Source of the DNA: Octopus sinensis
Taxonomy: Eukaryota
Direction: 5' to 3'
DNA: 64,000 nt
Assembly (NCBI RefSeq): GCF_006345805.1
Contig: NC_042998.1
Location: 64,108,001 to 64,172,000 of the forward strand
Positions 1 to 13,845 of this stretch are shown here, in pieces (within the stretch, counting starts at the first letter, position 1; every line of letters begins with the position of its first letter). The notes beneath the pieces were generated by a model that worked only from the letters and a program-made list of their open reading frames with translations, made no database searches and was not told where the DNA came from. The position numbers and the translations under genes were made by a program.

Positions 1-3000
1 AATACGGACGCCTGACGGATAGTGCTGAACAGATCTAGCAGCACGTAGAAGAAAAGAAATAATTTTCCGAAGGAATTTCAAGGCTTTTACGTTTAGAATT
101 TTCGACTCCAATCGAATTTGCAAAATATATACTACTGAAAAGTGAATATGTCATATGTAGCACACACAGAAACATACACGCAAACGCATGAAAAGAAAGG
201 TGCTCATATACGCACAGGAATAGTCACAAATATTCAAACATGTTGTATAAATATAAAGCGAGAAATACTATCTGAAGCTAAAAGTTTGAACTACTATAGT
301 ATGTTTTCGAATGCCCAGCTTTAAATTATTAAAGTTTATATTAAATATTATTCATTAAGACATTCACTGATTTTAAAATCCAAATGCAGACATTCATCAA
401 CATACTTCACGTAAATTGAATTAAACCTACGATACCTACGATACTGTGACCTTAAGAGGGGAATTTAATGTAGCACTGGATCCATCTATATTTGAGCTAG
501 TTCATTACTTACTCTCTGTTTTCTTATTTTACTTCTGCGAAATTTCTTCGAATAAGATGTTTACTTTTAATATTGGCGGGAAGGAGAAGGGCTTAACTAT
601 TGTGCAGTTTGAAATAGCCGAGTCTCGAGAATACTATAGATTTTCAATATGTTGCTTTTATAGAATTGAAATAAGCCTGATCAGCCCTTTGTTGGAGAAC
701 GTCAATATTTGTAGCTTCTATTCAAATGTGTTGAAATGTGTTCAGGTGCTATACTATTGATATATGGAAATACGCATATAAAAGTCATTTAACGTCTTAA
801 TATATGAATTGTTATTTTCTTCTTAAATTTCTTGATAGGCTATTCTTTACCACAATATTTGATGAGATATTGGCTGATATACCGAACCTTTCCGACACTG
901 ATCACATGCTACGAAAACAGATTTACATCAAGAAAAGTTGTATTAGATGATAATCTTCGATAGTCGCTTGCTTGCAAAACCTAGTTCTAATAGTTTGGAC
1001 AATGTAACGTTGTTACGAAAATTACATGAACTACACGAAACATAATTCCATTAAGCACACACTTAAAGAATTAACGTAATTATTAGATGATATATTTTGA
1101 AGTTGTGATGGAATATACCTATATAAGAAATATTATAGGGTGCATTAGCAGCTCGCGTTTCTTCAGTACTCAACGATTAAAAAGTTAATAGTAGACACAC
1201 TTTTCCTAAAAGATGATAAATGAGGAAATGAGTTGTAATATATGATCTAGCGTCAAATGATTAAAACATTATTTATTATTATTGCCATTATTGAAGTTTA
1301 GTTTTCGTCGATTATGTTGCCTTGGTTATAATTTCGACAGTCTTATGTATTTTTTTTTACTGACGTCGTTTATTTCAGCCTTTTATTTTGATATATTTCA
1401 AATAAGTTTATCAATAACGCCAATAAATAAAATGTTCAAACGAATCATTGCTTATCGTTTACGTAATTTCTACTTTGATCAGATCGACATCACAAACATG
1501 TATTTTGAGATGAGAGCTGATCGTTGTAGTTTCATGAATGGATATGTAGGCGGTAGTGTTCGAGACGTATTGGTTAAATGATATAGCTGCTCGCCTTTGC
1601 AGAAATTATAGGATGTATCAAAAGAAATTACGAATGAGCAATAGAAAAATTTAGATACAATGACAAGCAAACATACACAAATACACATATGTACACAATG
1701 GAATACGTCTAACTTTCTAATTAAACGTTTATTTTCAACTATATTTTCCTCATTACACACACACACACACACACACATATTTATACATATATATCCATGT
1801 GTGGCTGTTTGTTTCTTTGTGTGTGTGAATATCAAATAATAGTTATGGATTTCACTTGAACAAAGAGGGCTCTAGACACATGTAGAATGTATATTTTTAT
1901 TATTGAAATTGAAAGTACTTCTAAAACTATAGTGGTAGGTCAGCATCATTGCTAGAGAGAAATCTGGGATTGTGTATATATGATGTAGTGGGGCTAAAGG
2001 AGTGTATTTTTGTATAGTTTTGCACAAAGTAAGACTTGATCAGACAACAACATAAAGACGAAGTTAGAAGCTTTACCATTAGTCTATATTACGTCAGTAT
2101 GATATACCTGGGCAGAATAAATATGGTCTTGCTATCGTAACATGACATAGCGTTATTTTTGACCGATCCACCAAGACGGACTAGGATATATCCTTTAGGT
2201 TCTACATTTCCAAAAGATGTTACGAAATCGGAAGACATATGTCTATAATGTCTCCTTACATAACGTTTCCTTAGATTCTTCCGATACTTTGATCGCCGCC
2301 ATTACACTGCAGATTCCCTATGAATAATACTGACTGCCAAGAGAAATTCTTCAGCAAATAAGATCCAGCACTACTAAATATACAAATCTGATGCAAAATT
2401 TATCGATATTATTATGCATTTAGTAATATGTCGCATTATGGAATTACTTGAGGCAAAATATATACCAATTGGTTGTAATTAATATCTCGATTTGCAATAG
2501 ATATATTGGATTAATATTGAAAAAATATGCTAAATTTGTTGGAATACAATAACTCGTTTTTCTAATAACCATATGCTAATATTTCAAAAGCAATATTTTG
2601 TCATAGTGTTCAGTGAATAATAGAGAAAAAATGCAATATAGTTGTTTACATAATCTAATCTATTATATAAAACTTTAATATAACACTCTAAATTTATAAA
2701 GTTGGCATCCTACTCATATTTCTACTTTCCTATTAGATTCTGTTGTTTGCATGAAGAACAGCAATTGTTTTATATTTAAACATTAATTCATCTTTCAGTT
2801 GCATGATACGAGAGAATCAATATATTGTTTAGGATTTTTGATGTATGTGTGTATTAAATAACTACGATTAATTTATATAATATTTCGAAAAGTATTTAGC
2901 ATTCTGCAGTTGAATTAATGTTATTGTTACTTAATTAATCACTTGAATGCATTACGTGCATCTGTAATTCATATACAATTAAGTTTTACATACGAATTAA

Positions 3001-5488
3001 CTGAACAAGAATCGCACAACTGATTATTGAAGGATTGCTGGAGTATAGCTGTGTTTTAATGACAACACATTCACACTTCTTATCTAGACAGAAATCAATA
3101 TATGTAACTGTTTTCGCCTAAAAGAACTTGCCAGAGCAAAGATTAATTGCTGCACAACTCGCACATTTCTGTCCAGCAGATAAATGTACGGTGTATTCCA
3201 TAATGTTACTCCAAGTACGATGAGACTGAATTAAACAAATAAATTCATCTTTTGTAGTGTACATTGGATTGTGTTTCTACATTACGTAGAGTAAAAATTA
3301 ACAACATCTTCTGAAAATGCTAAATATTACGTTAGCATAATACACACATTTGATACAACGCTGGAAAAATGCAAATCAAAATAAAATATTGGGGTACATA
3401 TAGAGTGTTGGTTTTTTTTTGTTTCTCATTGAAAATAACTTATTATCACTTAACTGAAGTCCTATATTTGATTTTTCACAGAAACTTCGAATGGAAAATT
3501 GTATTCTAATATACAATAAGCTATTGCTATAGATGATATATAAATATGTAAACCAATTCAATTCAGAGTTCCATGCCAATGACATCGAAATGTATCATTG
3601 TCACCATCATAGAACATTACATACTTCAGTAAAGTTGAGATCTGAAATCGTACACATGTGTGTTTTAATGTAAATGGCATCCCACAGTGATTAGTGATAG
3701 AATATGAAGGAAGCAGTTTGAAAGATAGAAAGCGAAATATATGTATGCCGATTACAAAAATATAAAATGCATTGCTGCTTAGTTTTATGAATATTCTCGC
3801 CTGGATAATTGTGAAAGCCATAATAAATATTTGAAAAGTTATGCATCTCTGTGTGAGTAGGATTCTGTATTATTATATGAAAAGCGTATTGCCCCTGCAC
3901 AACCAATGAACACAGTGATTAAAATTTTTGAAGTTTACTGAAATGTCCGCTTTATCAGCCTCAGTAGCCCCAGAGAAAGTGTAAATGACGGAAAGGTCAT
4001 CATTGTCACAATTCTCATTAATAATTGTAAGCTATTGGTCATCGCAATGAGTGCAGTGGCGCTGTCACAAACACATTTCCCCAGGTACCAGATTTATCTA
4101 AGTGAACATCAATATGAGGGATAATAACAACAATGACAATACAATTAGCAACTTGACCTAGTGTAACAATAGCAATACTACTAGTATAATTGCAACGAAA
4201 TGTCTTCTATTTGTTTGTATTCGCCACATGTGAACTTAACACTCATTTAAAGACAAATATAACGTCATATTGACTATAAGCGTTTGCATCGCAAGATAAG
4301 GATTTATGGTGATGTGGACAAAAAAGGAAACCAAGCTCGTAATAGTGAATAATGAAAACAGTGCCATAGTAGTGACTCCAGCCAGTTTAAAGGTAAAACT
4401 CTATATGGACTGCAATGGATGGTGTCGGATGGATATTGCACATGAGGATTACATGTCAAATATAGCAGGTGGTAAAGATGATGGTGAGTGTCAGCTACAA
4501 CGTGCCCCTAGCAGGAGTTTTTGATATCCGACAGAATGCGAAAGGAGCCGAGGTTTCCTTACCTACAAAATGAGACTTGAGGTAAATATCAAAGAACACA
4601 GAATTAGGACACGATACACCGCCGACTAAATTGGTCTGAGGATAGCAAAATTGTTAAAGCTTTTCGTTACAATTCCAAATCCGGAAAGTATAATGCTCGT
4701 ATTTTACTGCAAAGAATTCATGAATATGTGCCTATAGAAGACCTGAATATTCCACATGAGCGTGAAGAGTATCTGCAGTTTATGTAATTAATTGCAAACG
4801 TAGTCAAGTCATCTGTCTTGCTGGAATTAATTTCTAAACGGAAATTCCAATAAAAGGCAAAGTGCCAAAAGTGTACAAAATAGTACCAAAATTCATAGAA
4901 ACAATAGTTGTGTATATTAGACATTCACAAGAACAAAAACAAAAAAAGGAAAAGAAGGAAGAATCACACGGGAAGGTGGTACATTGGAGCCGAAAACAAA
5001 AGAAAATTATTGAATTACAAATCATAAAACGTAAAACAAATCTAGACGTACAAGAGAATAGCTCTGAAACACTTATATTTTGCAAATTCTATGATCAGCT
5101 GAGTTGGCAAGAAAGGGCCAGAGAGTTGGTGGAAGGAAGTCAAACTCCACGACAAGATGGTGGGAATGAAAGAAAAACAATCGATGTGATACTCGATGGC
5201 CAAATGCTCATTGCTCTGTCTTAGTCATCTAAACTCCAGTAAAAAAAAAACGCCCACCACAAATTACACTACCATCAACTCACCACCAACAACACATTTA
5301 ATAACAGTAATCATAAAATGCAGGCAACTGATAAACAAAATCTTCATCCCTCAAGGTTTGTTTTCTAAGACCAATGACGTAGAAGATTCCAATAATATCA
5401 TCGAGTCAAAATATTTAATAATTGTAAGCTATGCAGATCGGAGTAGTGTTTGTTTTAGAGGCCTACTAATAGAAGCAATGAACGACAT

Positions 5489-5912
5489 ACTCTTTACTTA
5501 CTCTTTTACTCTTTTACTTGTTTCAGTCATTTGACTGCGGCCATGCTGGAGCACTGCCTTTAGTCGAGCAAATCGACCCCGGGACTTATTCTTTGTAAGC
5601 CCAGTACTTATTCTATCGTTCTCTTTTGCCGAACCGCTAAGTTACGGGGACGTAAACACACCAGCATCGGTTGTCAAGCAATGCTAGAGGGACAAACACA
5701 GACACACAAACATATACACACACACACTTATATATATATACATATATACGACAGGCTTCTTTCAGTTTCCGTCTACCAAATCCACTCACAAGGCATTGGT
5801 AGGCCCGAGGCTATAGCAGAAGACACTTGCCCAAGATGTCACGCAGTGGGACTGAACCCGGAACCATGTGGTTGGTTAGCAAGCTACTTACCACACAGCC
5901 ACTCCTGCGCCT
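5489..5912 (-). mobile_element. Full-length tRNA-derived SINE (octopus-type), with internal (CA/TA)n and (GAGTAAAA)n tail
   Basis: Minus strand begins AGGCGCAGGAGTGGCTGTGTGGTAAG (A box) ... GGTTCAGTCCC (B box). The body is shared with 8545-8740, 36323-36770 and 62550-63930. Confidence 0.85.
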
Positions 5913-6989
5913 ACATGTTTCAGTATTATTAGATTTTGTCAGGGAAACATACGTACTATATAGATACACGAAGATAGATTAAGGAATTGCTGGCTGTTTT
6001 TATTCTTGCTTTCATCCTTCAACATTTCTTCAAATAGTAGATCCTATATCTGACACGTATTTTCATTTCAGTCTCGTCGATAAAATTCCATAGATTTTTC
6101 ATTCCTCTGTTGGTTCTTACTTATACATAATATTCTCTCTTGTAATCCTCGTTCATCATCCGCTGATATATATTCAATATCCATCTATCATCACATTTGA
6201 AAAACATCACCAGATAGTTCCGACATCTTAACACTTTCTCAGCTTTCAGTAGCTCAACGCTGTTGATGAACGATAAATATCTCCGTTAGACCAACTCGTG
6301 AAAGCGGGAAAAGGATGAAATATGACACAGGAGATGTACGGAATATGATTGAAATATTAATAAGAAATTATCGCACTACTCACGCACACATGAAAGAGAC
6401 GCATTCCTATTATTTCAAATGAACACACGTTGAGTATATATATTCCCCTCTGAGAAGATTTTATACAATCAATTTTCACCAGTATACTTTAACTGAACAC
6501 CGTATGCAATATCCGCTATATTATCATAAGTTAAGTTTAAGATGTCGACCAATTTATCTTATATTGAGAAGTTACTGAAATAAAACTAAAATTTCTGAAG
6601 TATTTTGTAAGTAGTGCGATTATGTCTGCAGTAATAACATTACTATAAACAAAAATATCACTTAGAAAATGTATAGGTGGCAGAAATTATTTTCTGAATG
6701 TGATGGTTAACGTGATTGCATATATAACCTAGAGAAATGTCTGTAACACACCATCTTATTAGTTCTCTGTAATCCAAAGTTTTATTCCTCTTAAAGGCAA
6801 AATCCAAATCATTTATTTTCATAAAATACAATACGCAGCGTATTTGTCTCCAAAATATTGAGATTTTCTTAATGCTGCTTACACATTACATGAACAACTG
6901 TAGTAAAATTCGACAATCACCATGAATGCATCAAATTACATTAGATTTAAAGAATATGTTATCAGATTCATTATACTCTGACTGACTAT

Positions 6990-7102
6990 ACACTATTTAT
7001 ATTTGACGGATATTTGTCTTCATCTTGTTTGTTGTTTCGGCTGATATCAGGTGTCTTGAGGAAATTTCGAACCTGGTTCTCATTGCTAGGATATTTTTTG
7101 AC

Positions 7103-7165
<63 letters not shown>

Positions 7166-7232
7166 TTTGTTGTTGTTGTTGTTGTTGTTTTTGTTGTTGC
7201 TGTTGTTATTATTATTATTATTGTTGTTATTA

Positions 7233-7282
<50 letters not shown>

Positions 7283-7319
7283 ATCATCATCATCATCATT
7301 ATGGTCACAGCCTGGAATC
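6990..7319 (-). mobile_element. Decayed copy of the tRNA-head/microsatellite/HHR element; HHR collapsed by internal deletions
   Basis: Body homologous to 11590-11711 and 11875-12000. HHR remnant reads GACAC-CTGA-TATCAGCC-GAAAC. The (AAT/AAC)n tract (7104-7302) is followed by GGTCACAGCCTGGAATC, matching the head junction at 11743-11759. Confidence 0.7.
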
Positions 7320-7329
7320 CCAGCTGATA

Positions 7330-7535
7330 CGATCAAGGGAACAGCTTGCTAGTGAAACTGAAGTGCAGCTGGCTGAGCACACCACAGACACGTCTACCCA
7401 TAACGTAGTTCTCAGGGAGATTTAGCACTGCACAGAGCGTGACAGGGCTGGCCCTTTGAAATACTGGTACTATTCATTTTTGCGAGCTGAGAGGAATGTA
7501 GCAACATGAAAAAAAGTGTATTGCTCAAGAACAAA
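7330..7535 (-). mobile_element. SINE fragment, same family as 25812-26198
   Basis: GGAACAGC..GGCTGAGCAC..CACAGACA..AACGTAGTTCTC..CCCTTTGAAATAC aligns by eye with 25864-25995. Confidence 0.7.
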
Positions 7536-8339
7536 AAAAAAACGGAAAAGAAACTAATGCTTAATGTTCAATGATATTAGTAGAAACAAATGCATATTTC
7601 TGGTATTGCCCGTTAAAAGTATAAGTATTTTTTAAAAATGTGTAGATAATTCACGCAAGTATTTGCAATAATTTGGAAATTCTTTCAACAATGATGATAA
7701 AAATGTTAAGCTACGGAGAAGTCATTTACGGCTTTCGCATTTTAGACACGTAAGCAGTCCGTATCAGTACTATTCTACCGTATGTAGCATTTCTATTGCC
7801 ACAAATTTCCGTCTCGCTAACAAGCTGGATACTGTTACAAAAATATTTATTACCGTTGTTATTTATTCCATTTAATATGATAAATATATATACTTGATAT
7901 TCTATCGACCACCTAATCCACACCATGAGGTAAATGATTATTTATAACTGGGTCCCCAATTTTGCAAACATTCATATCATATTTATGTCTCCTGCTATTC
8001 ATCTCATGTTCATATCTCACAAAATGGTAAATAAATATCTGCCAACTTTGCTCATCGTTTGAAGATGTTATTTAAAACTCATTTATACACAACACTTTAC
8101 CATGCAACGTTGTAGATGCACTGTTATATCAGTTTCATTGTATTGGAAAACATTTACATATTAGCACATTGTATATTTTTATAGTAAATATGCAGCCGAT
8201 GAGTTTAAAGTACCAGTAATGATAAGGCTGTTGACTGGGAGAACACAAACATGGTTTAAACAGTAAGCTTGGCAGGAAAGAAACGTGCATTTAAGCAGTA
8301 CAAAAACAAAAAAATGGAGGGGGCAGTTATGTACAGGTT

Positions 8340-8538
8340 GATAGAAGTAAAGCAGGACAAAAGCGGCTTTATTGATCGCATTCTCACCTGGAATCGAATT
8401 TTTAAATTTTTTCAAGACTTATACACGCCCTGATACCGTCGGTATCTACATATCAAATTTGAGAGCAATCGGATGGAGGATGCCCGAGATCCGAGAAGAC
8501 ACAGGCAGACAGACAGAACAGATTTTATATAATAAAGA
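8340..8538 (+). mobile_element. Possible non-autonomous Helitron/Helentron (DINE-1/HINE-like) 3' end
   Basis: CATATCAAATTTGAGAGCAATCGG..., short ACAG repeats and a TTTTATATAATAAAGAT terminus resemble this class. Motif resemblance only. Confidence 0.35.
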
Positions 8539-8544
8539 TGTTTG

Positions 8545-8740
8545 TGTGTCTGTGTTTGTCTCACCACCATCGCATGACAACCGAACTTGGTGTGTAACTT
8601 AGCGGATGAGGAAAAGAGACAGATAGAATAAGTACTAGGCTTACAAAGAATAAATACCTGGGTCGATTTCTTCGACTAAAGTCGGTGCTCCAGCATGGCT
8701 GCAGTCAAATAACTGAAGCAAATAAATAATAAAAGAGTAT
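8545..8740 (+). mobile_element. 3' half of the tRNA-derived SINE
   Basis: GATAGAATAAGTACTAGGCTTACAAAGAATAA..GTCGAT..GGTGCTCCAGCATGGCTGCAGTCAAAT is the reverse complement of 5520-5610. Confidence 0.8.
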
Positions 8741-10205
8741 ATATACATACATACATACATACATATATATGCACACACATATAATTAGCGTTTTAAAATG
8801 CACGTGGTTTTTCACCTGTTGACAAAGAGCGACGGTACAAACTGTCAATTATTCACCTTTTATTTATCATAAATTTTGTCACCCATGTTCGATATCTGTG
8901 TCAAAGAAAACCATACTCGTTGAATTAGTGATCTCCACCTCCCTATATAGCAAACTTATTAATACTGAAATCGTGTCGCCTGGTTGCTTTGTATGGATTA
9001 TCTATATCGAGATGTTCGGAGACGTCTTATACACTGGGAGTATGAGCTAATTTTTATAACTTTTTGAAAGTCATTCATTTTTAGCCTAAAATAAATAATC
9101 ATAGTACAAAATCAACGTTGTGCAACCTATGGATTTCTACTTAGTATTCAGTAATCATTAGTCATGGCTCTTCTGTTGTTGTACATACAATAAATAATTA
9201 AATACCAGCATGAAATATGGTACGAATTTAAAATACCTAAACGTCATTAAGCTTTACTTTCAAATCAACAGAACGGGCCCTGTATACTATAGACTTTGCC
9301 TACAATCCGGCCTGTTCACATTATAACATGTTATTAACGTCCGGCGGAACACGATGGCTGTAGACAAGGGAGAATAATACTGAAGTGTTCGTATCCCACC
9401 TCTGCATCATTCTTACGGAGACTGATCATGAACCTTACCTATTTATTATTGCCTACAATAACCTACTTTGGACAAATCGTATTTCACAATTAGCAAAAAG
9501 AACCTGTCGATAACATAGTACTATTCACTAGTAGCATTTAACATTTCAGAGAACATATATAAAACAGTATAAAGGAATGGGATGTCCACATATTGCATCT
9601 ATAATACATACCCATCATTTTCGGGAAAATCGATGCACTGGAAGCGTCCACAGAGTGCAACTGGAGAAATACACCACCACCCAATTTCCATGCTTTCAAT
9701 ACCTTGATTGTCCGATGTTCTACTCACTAAATTTTCGGGGTCAACCAGCTGCTTCGATAGCAAAAAGAAAGGTTATCCACTATCTGCCGAAAAGCTTTCA
9801 CCACGTTCTTCAATTTAATCTCTCTTTCACATTTCAAGAAGTATATAAAACGAAAGAAATTCATCGAAGTACTCATAGCTTTCAGAAATATTAGCCATGC
9901 TGGGAATTATCGACGTGTGGAATAAACAACGAATGCTGGTTGTTAAACTGTCACAACACAACAGTCTTCAAAAACTCCGTACTGGTCGAAACAGGACCAA
10001 AAGTACTAATGAGAGCCAATACCCTAATTCTTCTGTTAAAGGGCCTCTCAGGGATACATTTTCATGCCTATTGTGCATGGACTGTTAGCCTTCATTACTG
10101 TCTTTTTTCACTTGACTTATTGCTATTTTCTGTGACGGCATTTTATTTTTTCCATTCTCTCCCAAGGAATTGTTATATATATATATATTCATACATACAT
10201 ACATC

Positions 10206-10264
<59 letters not shown>

Positions 10265-11554
10265 GTACCCTCTCATATAAATTCATATGTGTGTGTATGT
10301 TTGCCAAACTAATAACGTATGTATGTGTGCGAGAATGTTTGTACTTGTGCATATTGTATACGAATACTTTTCTCATATTTTATATAACATTTTGTAGCTT
10401 GTACGCTGTTTATTATTGTTTCAAGAATCTACAGAGTTCCCAACTAAAATAAAACAACGTAGGCAAAGCAATGAGAATGAGATTGCTCCTCGTAGTTTGT
10501 TTATATTTTGCTTCATTTTGATTTTCCTGTTTTTCATTTTTTCAATAATTCTACCACTGGAAATCTAATGAAAAATATATTGATTAAATGACAAGTGTAT
10601 AACGAAAGACCTATCTGGTGCCACATAGGCATTTATTGCAGTGAAATGATTGAGTTTGAAATTATAAGCTTTAACAAACGTCACTGTTAATATGAATGAG
10701 GAACAGTTGCAGAGTTCATAAGAAATCCAATGAGAATGGTTTAAAAAAGCAATTTTGTTATTGCAGTTACTCTGACCCTGAGGTAATGTAGCTATTTTTC
10801 TGTAACTAATTCCTTTCTAAGTCAAAACTTGAATCAATGTCTGCATATTAGTTCATTGCCGTTACGTATCAGTATGAACCGTGCAGTATCTATATATTAA
10901 GTTCATGGATGTGTGGTGTGTATCTGTACTTGAAATAGGGCAACAGAGATAGCATTGTAGGGCATCAAGGAACAACAACTGAAATTAGGTGGACAATATT
11001 AACAATAAAAAATTTGGACGATGACATATTTTGAACAGACTGAATTTAGTGAGGCTCTGTCCATGAGAGACTGGCAAGATCGGTGTTTTATTATTATATG
11101 TAATATCATGTGTAAACTATAAAAACGACCTGGATGTTATACATAAGAAAATTCCAGATAGACAATGATGAGAGGGATAAAGGATTTAGCTTGCTTTTTT
11201 TCTTTCGATTCAGAGAAAGGTGGGGGTGCACCAAGACTGAGTAGAAATGAAGGGCTGCAATAATGGAAGTACTATACCGGCGAAATATGAGAATAAAATA
11301 ATATTGTAGTTGTGATGTTAAAGAGAGAAAAGACATTGTAGCAATGAATGTCAATAAGCTGAGGGACCCTTTCTGAAGGCGGTCCGATGTGTCAGTATAT
11401 GCGACTAAGGCAACGTTACAGATCTTGTTGAAGGACACAACTGTGGCTCTCACTTGTGCCTTGGTGATTGTTATTGGCTGTTGGAGTTGAAATATTTTCT
11501 GACTATAACAAGAAGAGATATTGGTTCAGTTCTATACTTAAGAGATGAGGCATT

Positions 11555-11820
11555 ATATACATTATTTATATTATTTACATTATTTATATTCGACGGATAT
11601 TTTGTTCTTATCTTCTTTGTTGTTTAACACAACTTTTCGGCTGATATACCCTCCAGCATTCCTCAGGGAAATTTCGAAACTGGGTTCTAATTCCTAAGGG
11701 ATTGTTCGATGTTATTATTATTTTGGTTGTTGTTGTTGTTCAGGTCACTGCTTGGAATCGAACTCAAAATATTGGGGTTAGTAGCCCGCGCTCTTAAACA
11801 CTTCGCCATTATGCCCGTGG
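11555..11820 (-). mobile_element. SINE-like element: tRNA-derived head, (AAC/AAT)n, HHR-bearing body, (TAAATAATG)n tail
   Basis: Head 11747-11816 has A box TGGCGAAGTG, anticodon-arm-like GCGGG-CTACTAA-CCCC and T-loop/B box GAGTTCGATTCC. Degenerate HHR at 11627-11666: CTGAGGA-a-TGCTG/CAGCC-GAAA-AGTT-GTGT. Confidence 0.7.
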
Positions 11821-11861
11821 GAACACCACTGGAAAAAACGAAAACTAGAAGAAGCAGCACA

Positions 11862-12020
11862 TATAATAACATCCAAAAATACCTTAGGAATCAGAACCCC
11901 GGTTCGAAATTTCCCCGATACACCTGAAGAAGGCTCGAGGGTATATCAACCGAAACGTTGTGTCAACAACAAACAAGATGAGGACAAATATCCGACGAAT
12001 GTAAAAAATGTAAATAATGG
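11862..12020 (+). mobile_element. Headless copy of the same HHR-bearing element, inverted relative to 11555-11711
   Basis: Reverse-complement similarity over ~150 bp, including the A-rich GTAAATAATG tail. Confidence 0.75.
11920..11963 (+). ncRNA. Minimal type I hammerhead ribozyme motif
   Basis: Stem I ACAC/GTGT, core CTGAAGA, one extra A, stem II GGCT..AACC (one mismatch; the sister copy has the CAGCC strand), GAA, palindromic stem III ACGT, cleavage triplet GUU. Confidence 0.75.
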
Positions 12021-13145
12021 AGACATTGGTTGTTGCGCAGTTAAAGCTATGCTACAGATACAAGTATATGACTTCAGCAGAAGATATTCTTGATAATAGT
12101 CAGGCCAACCACTCTCAGTGCTCCACCTGACTGCCTCGCGTAATTTGAGGGCGAGGTGGTATATTGGTGGTTCGTCGATGATCATTGCTTCGATTTCTAC
12201 AATCAAAAGGTTGACATAAAACTACAATGAGACGTTCTCGAACTTTCTCTTTCTAAAATCAACATACGAAGCCTGGATATCAGATATTTTCCTGTTTCTA
12301 TTTCATTCGATGTTATATAAAATCTAGGACATTATCGCACTGTTGTTGTTTAGTTTCAAAACTTTGCTGTGCAATTTATTATTTTTCTGTTGTTATTGAG
12401 AGTTATTAAAACCCATAAAAGTTACAGCCCGTGGATTTGAATAAAACAGATTATGCCGAAATGTTGCTTCACATATAAAATTCTACTGTTATCAACACTC
12501 AAGGAAAGTAAGACACACAGGCATACACGTACATACACATACATATGTGTGTGTGGAAGTAAGAATGCATATACATTCATCTATTAATCTATCTAATTAG
12601 ATATCTACACCATAAATATGCTTATTGTGTGTGTATATTTGAAGGGAAAGGAGAGGAAGTTACGTGCTACACATTTTACAAAAGATTCGCCGAACGTAAC
12701 TTTAAGGTGTTCAATAAATACTCAGAGTTGTTTCCCTCGGAATACTTGTCTACTTGTTGCTTTTCCAATTTCTCTTTGGGAATTATCTGCGACAATGATG
12801 TTGTAAGCGAAAAGGTACAGAAACGACCGAAGAAAAGAAATACTGAACATCTATGCAGCACCTTGAACTTACGTAGTTTTCTTTGGGTGAGATTTTTGAA
12901 ATATGTGTATTACCTAACTACCTACTTCATTTCATTCAATCTCATATTCAATCTCATATTATGTAGTTTTATAATGAAGAACACCGACATTTCTAGCTAA
13001 TTCGATATGCGGAAAAGTGCATGGAATAAATCGATTCATTAATTTTATTGATCGATTATCATAATTCGTTTTATCTACAAAAGCCTTGTCTATGATTCAA
13101 GCTAACCAACTGTATGCCCTACTAAATTATTTGATCTTACTAATG

Positions 13146-13176
<31 letters not shown>

Positions 13177-13583
13177 GATAGATAGATAGATAGATAGACA
13201 GATAGATAGATAGATAGATATAGATATAGATATAGATATATATAGCGTTGTACTAATACTTCTGTTTGTTGTCTACTCCACCTGCTTTCGTCTTTTTTTT
13301 GTGAATTCTCCCTATATATATATATATATATATGGGAAAAAGTCAAGGTAGAAGATGATAAAATAATTTTATAAATAACATTTCAGTACCGGTTTCAGTC
13401 ATTGAGAGTTTTTCAACTTTAAATATGGAAAACAAATAAATTGGGAAAAATTAAAAGAAAAGTTTAAAAAAAGATATTTTCATAGTATTCAAATACAAGG
13501 GGCATTTTCCCTGTTTCTGCCTGTCTCTGTCTCCCTTGTTTAATCTTGTGAGTTCGCGGTCGTTGTGAATTCTGGGTAGGGAG

Positions 13584-13718
13584 GAAGAAGAAGAAGAAGA
13601 AGAAGAAGAAGAAGAAGAAGAAGAAGAAGAAGAAGAAGAAGAAGAAGAAGAAGAAGAAGAAGAAGAAGAAGAAGAAGAAGAAGAAGAAGAGGAGAAGAAG
13701 AAGAAGAAGAAGAAGAAG
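13584..13718. repeat. (GAA)n microsatellite
   Basis: Near-perfect run of GAA. Confidence 0.97.
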
Positions 13719-13804
13719 ACGAGCAGAGAATGAAACGATTGCAATGAAAGTTGGGATTAAACACAGAAAGAAATTGGAAACTAAACCGGAATTATGTATA
13801 TATA

Positions 13805-13845
<41 letters not shown>

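Noticed and set aside
1-5480. Short ORFs and a GTGAGT donor-like site near 4486 as host exons
   Set aside because: No recognisable domain and no consistent exon chain. AT-rich random ORFs are expected.
11747-11816. Functional tRNA gene
   Set aside because: The acceptor stem does not pair and the sequence is fused to a repeat body. Treated as a SINE head.
13365-13420. Minus-strand GAAACCGGTA palindrome resembling HHR stem III
   Set aside because: The core reads TTGAAAA and stems I and II do not pair. At best a heavily decayed remnant.
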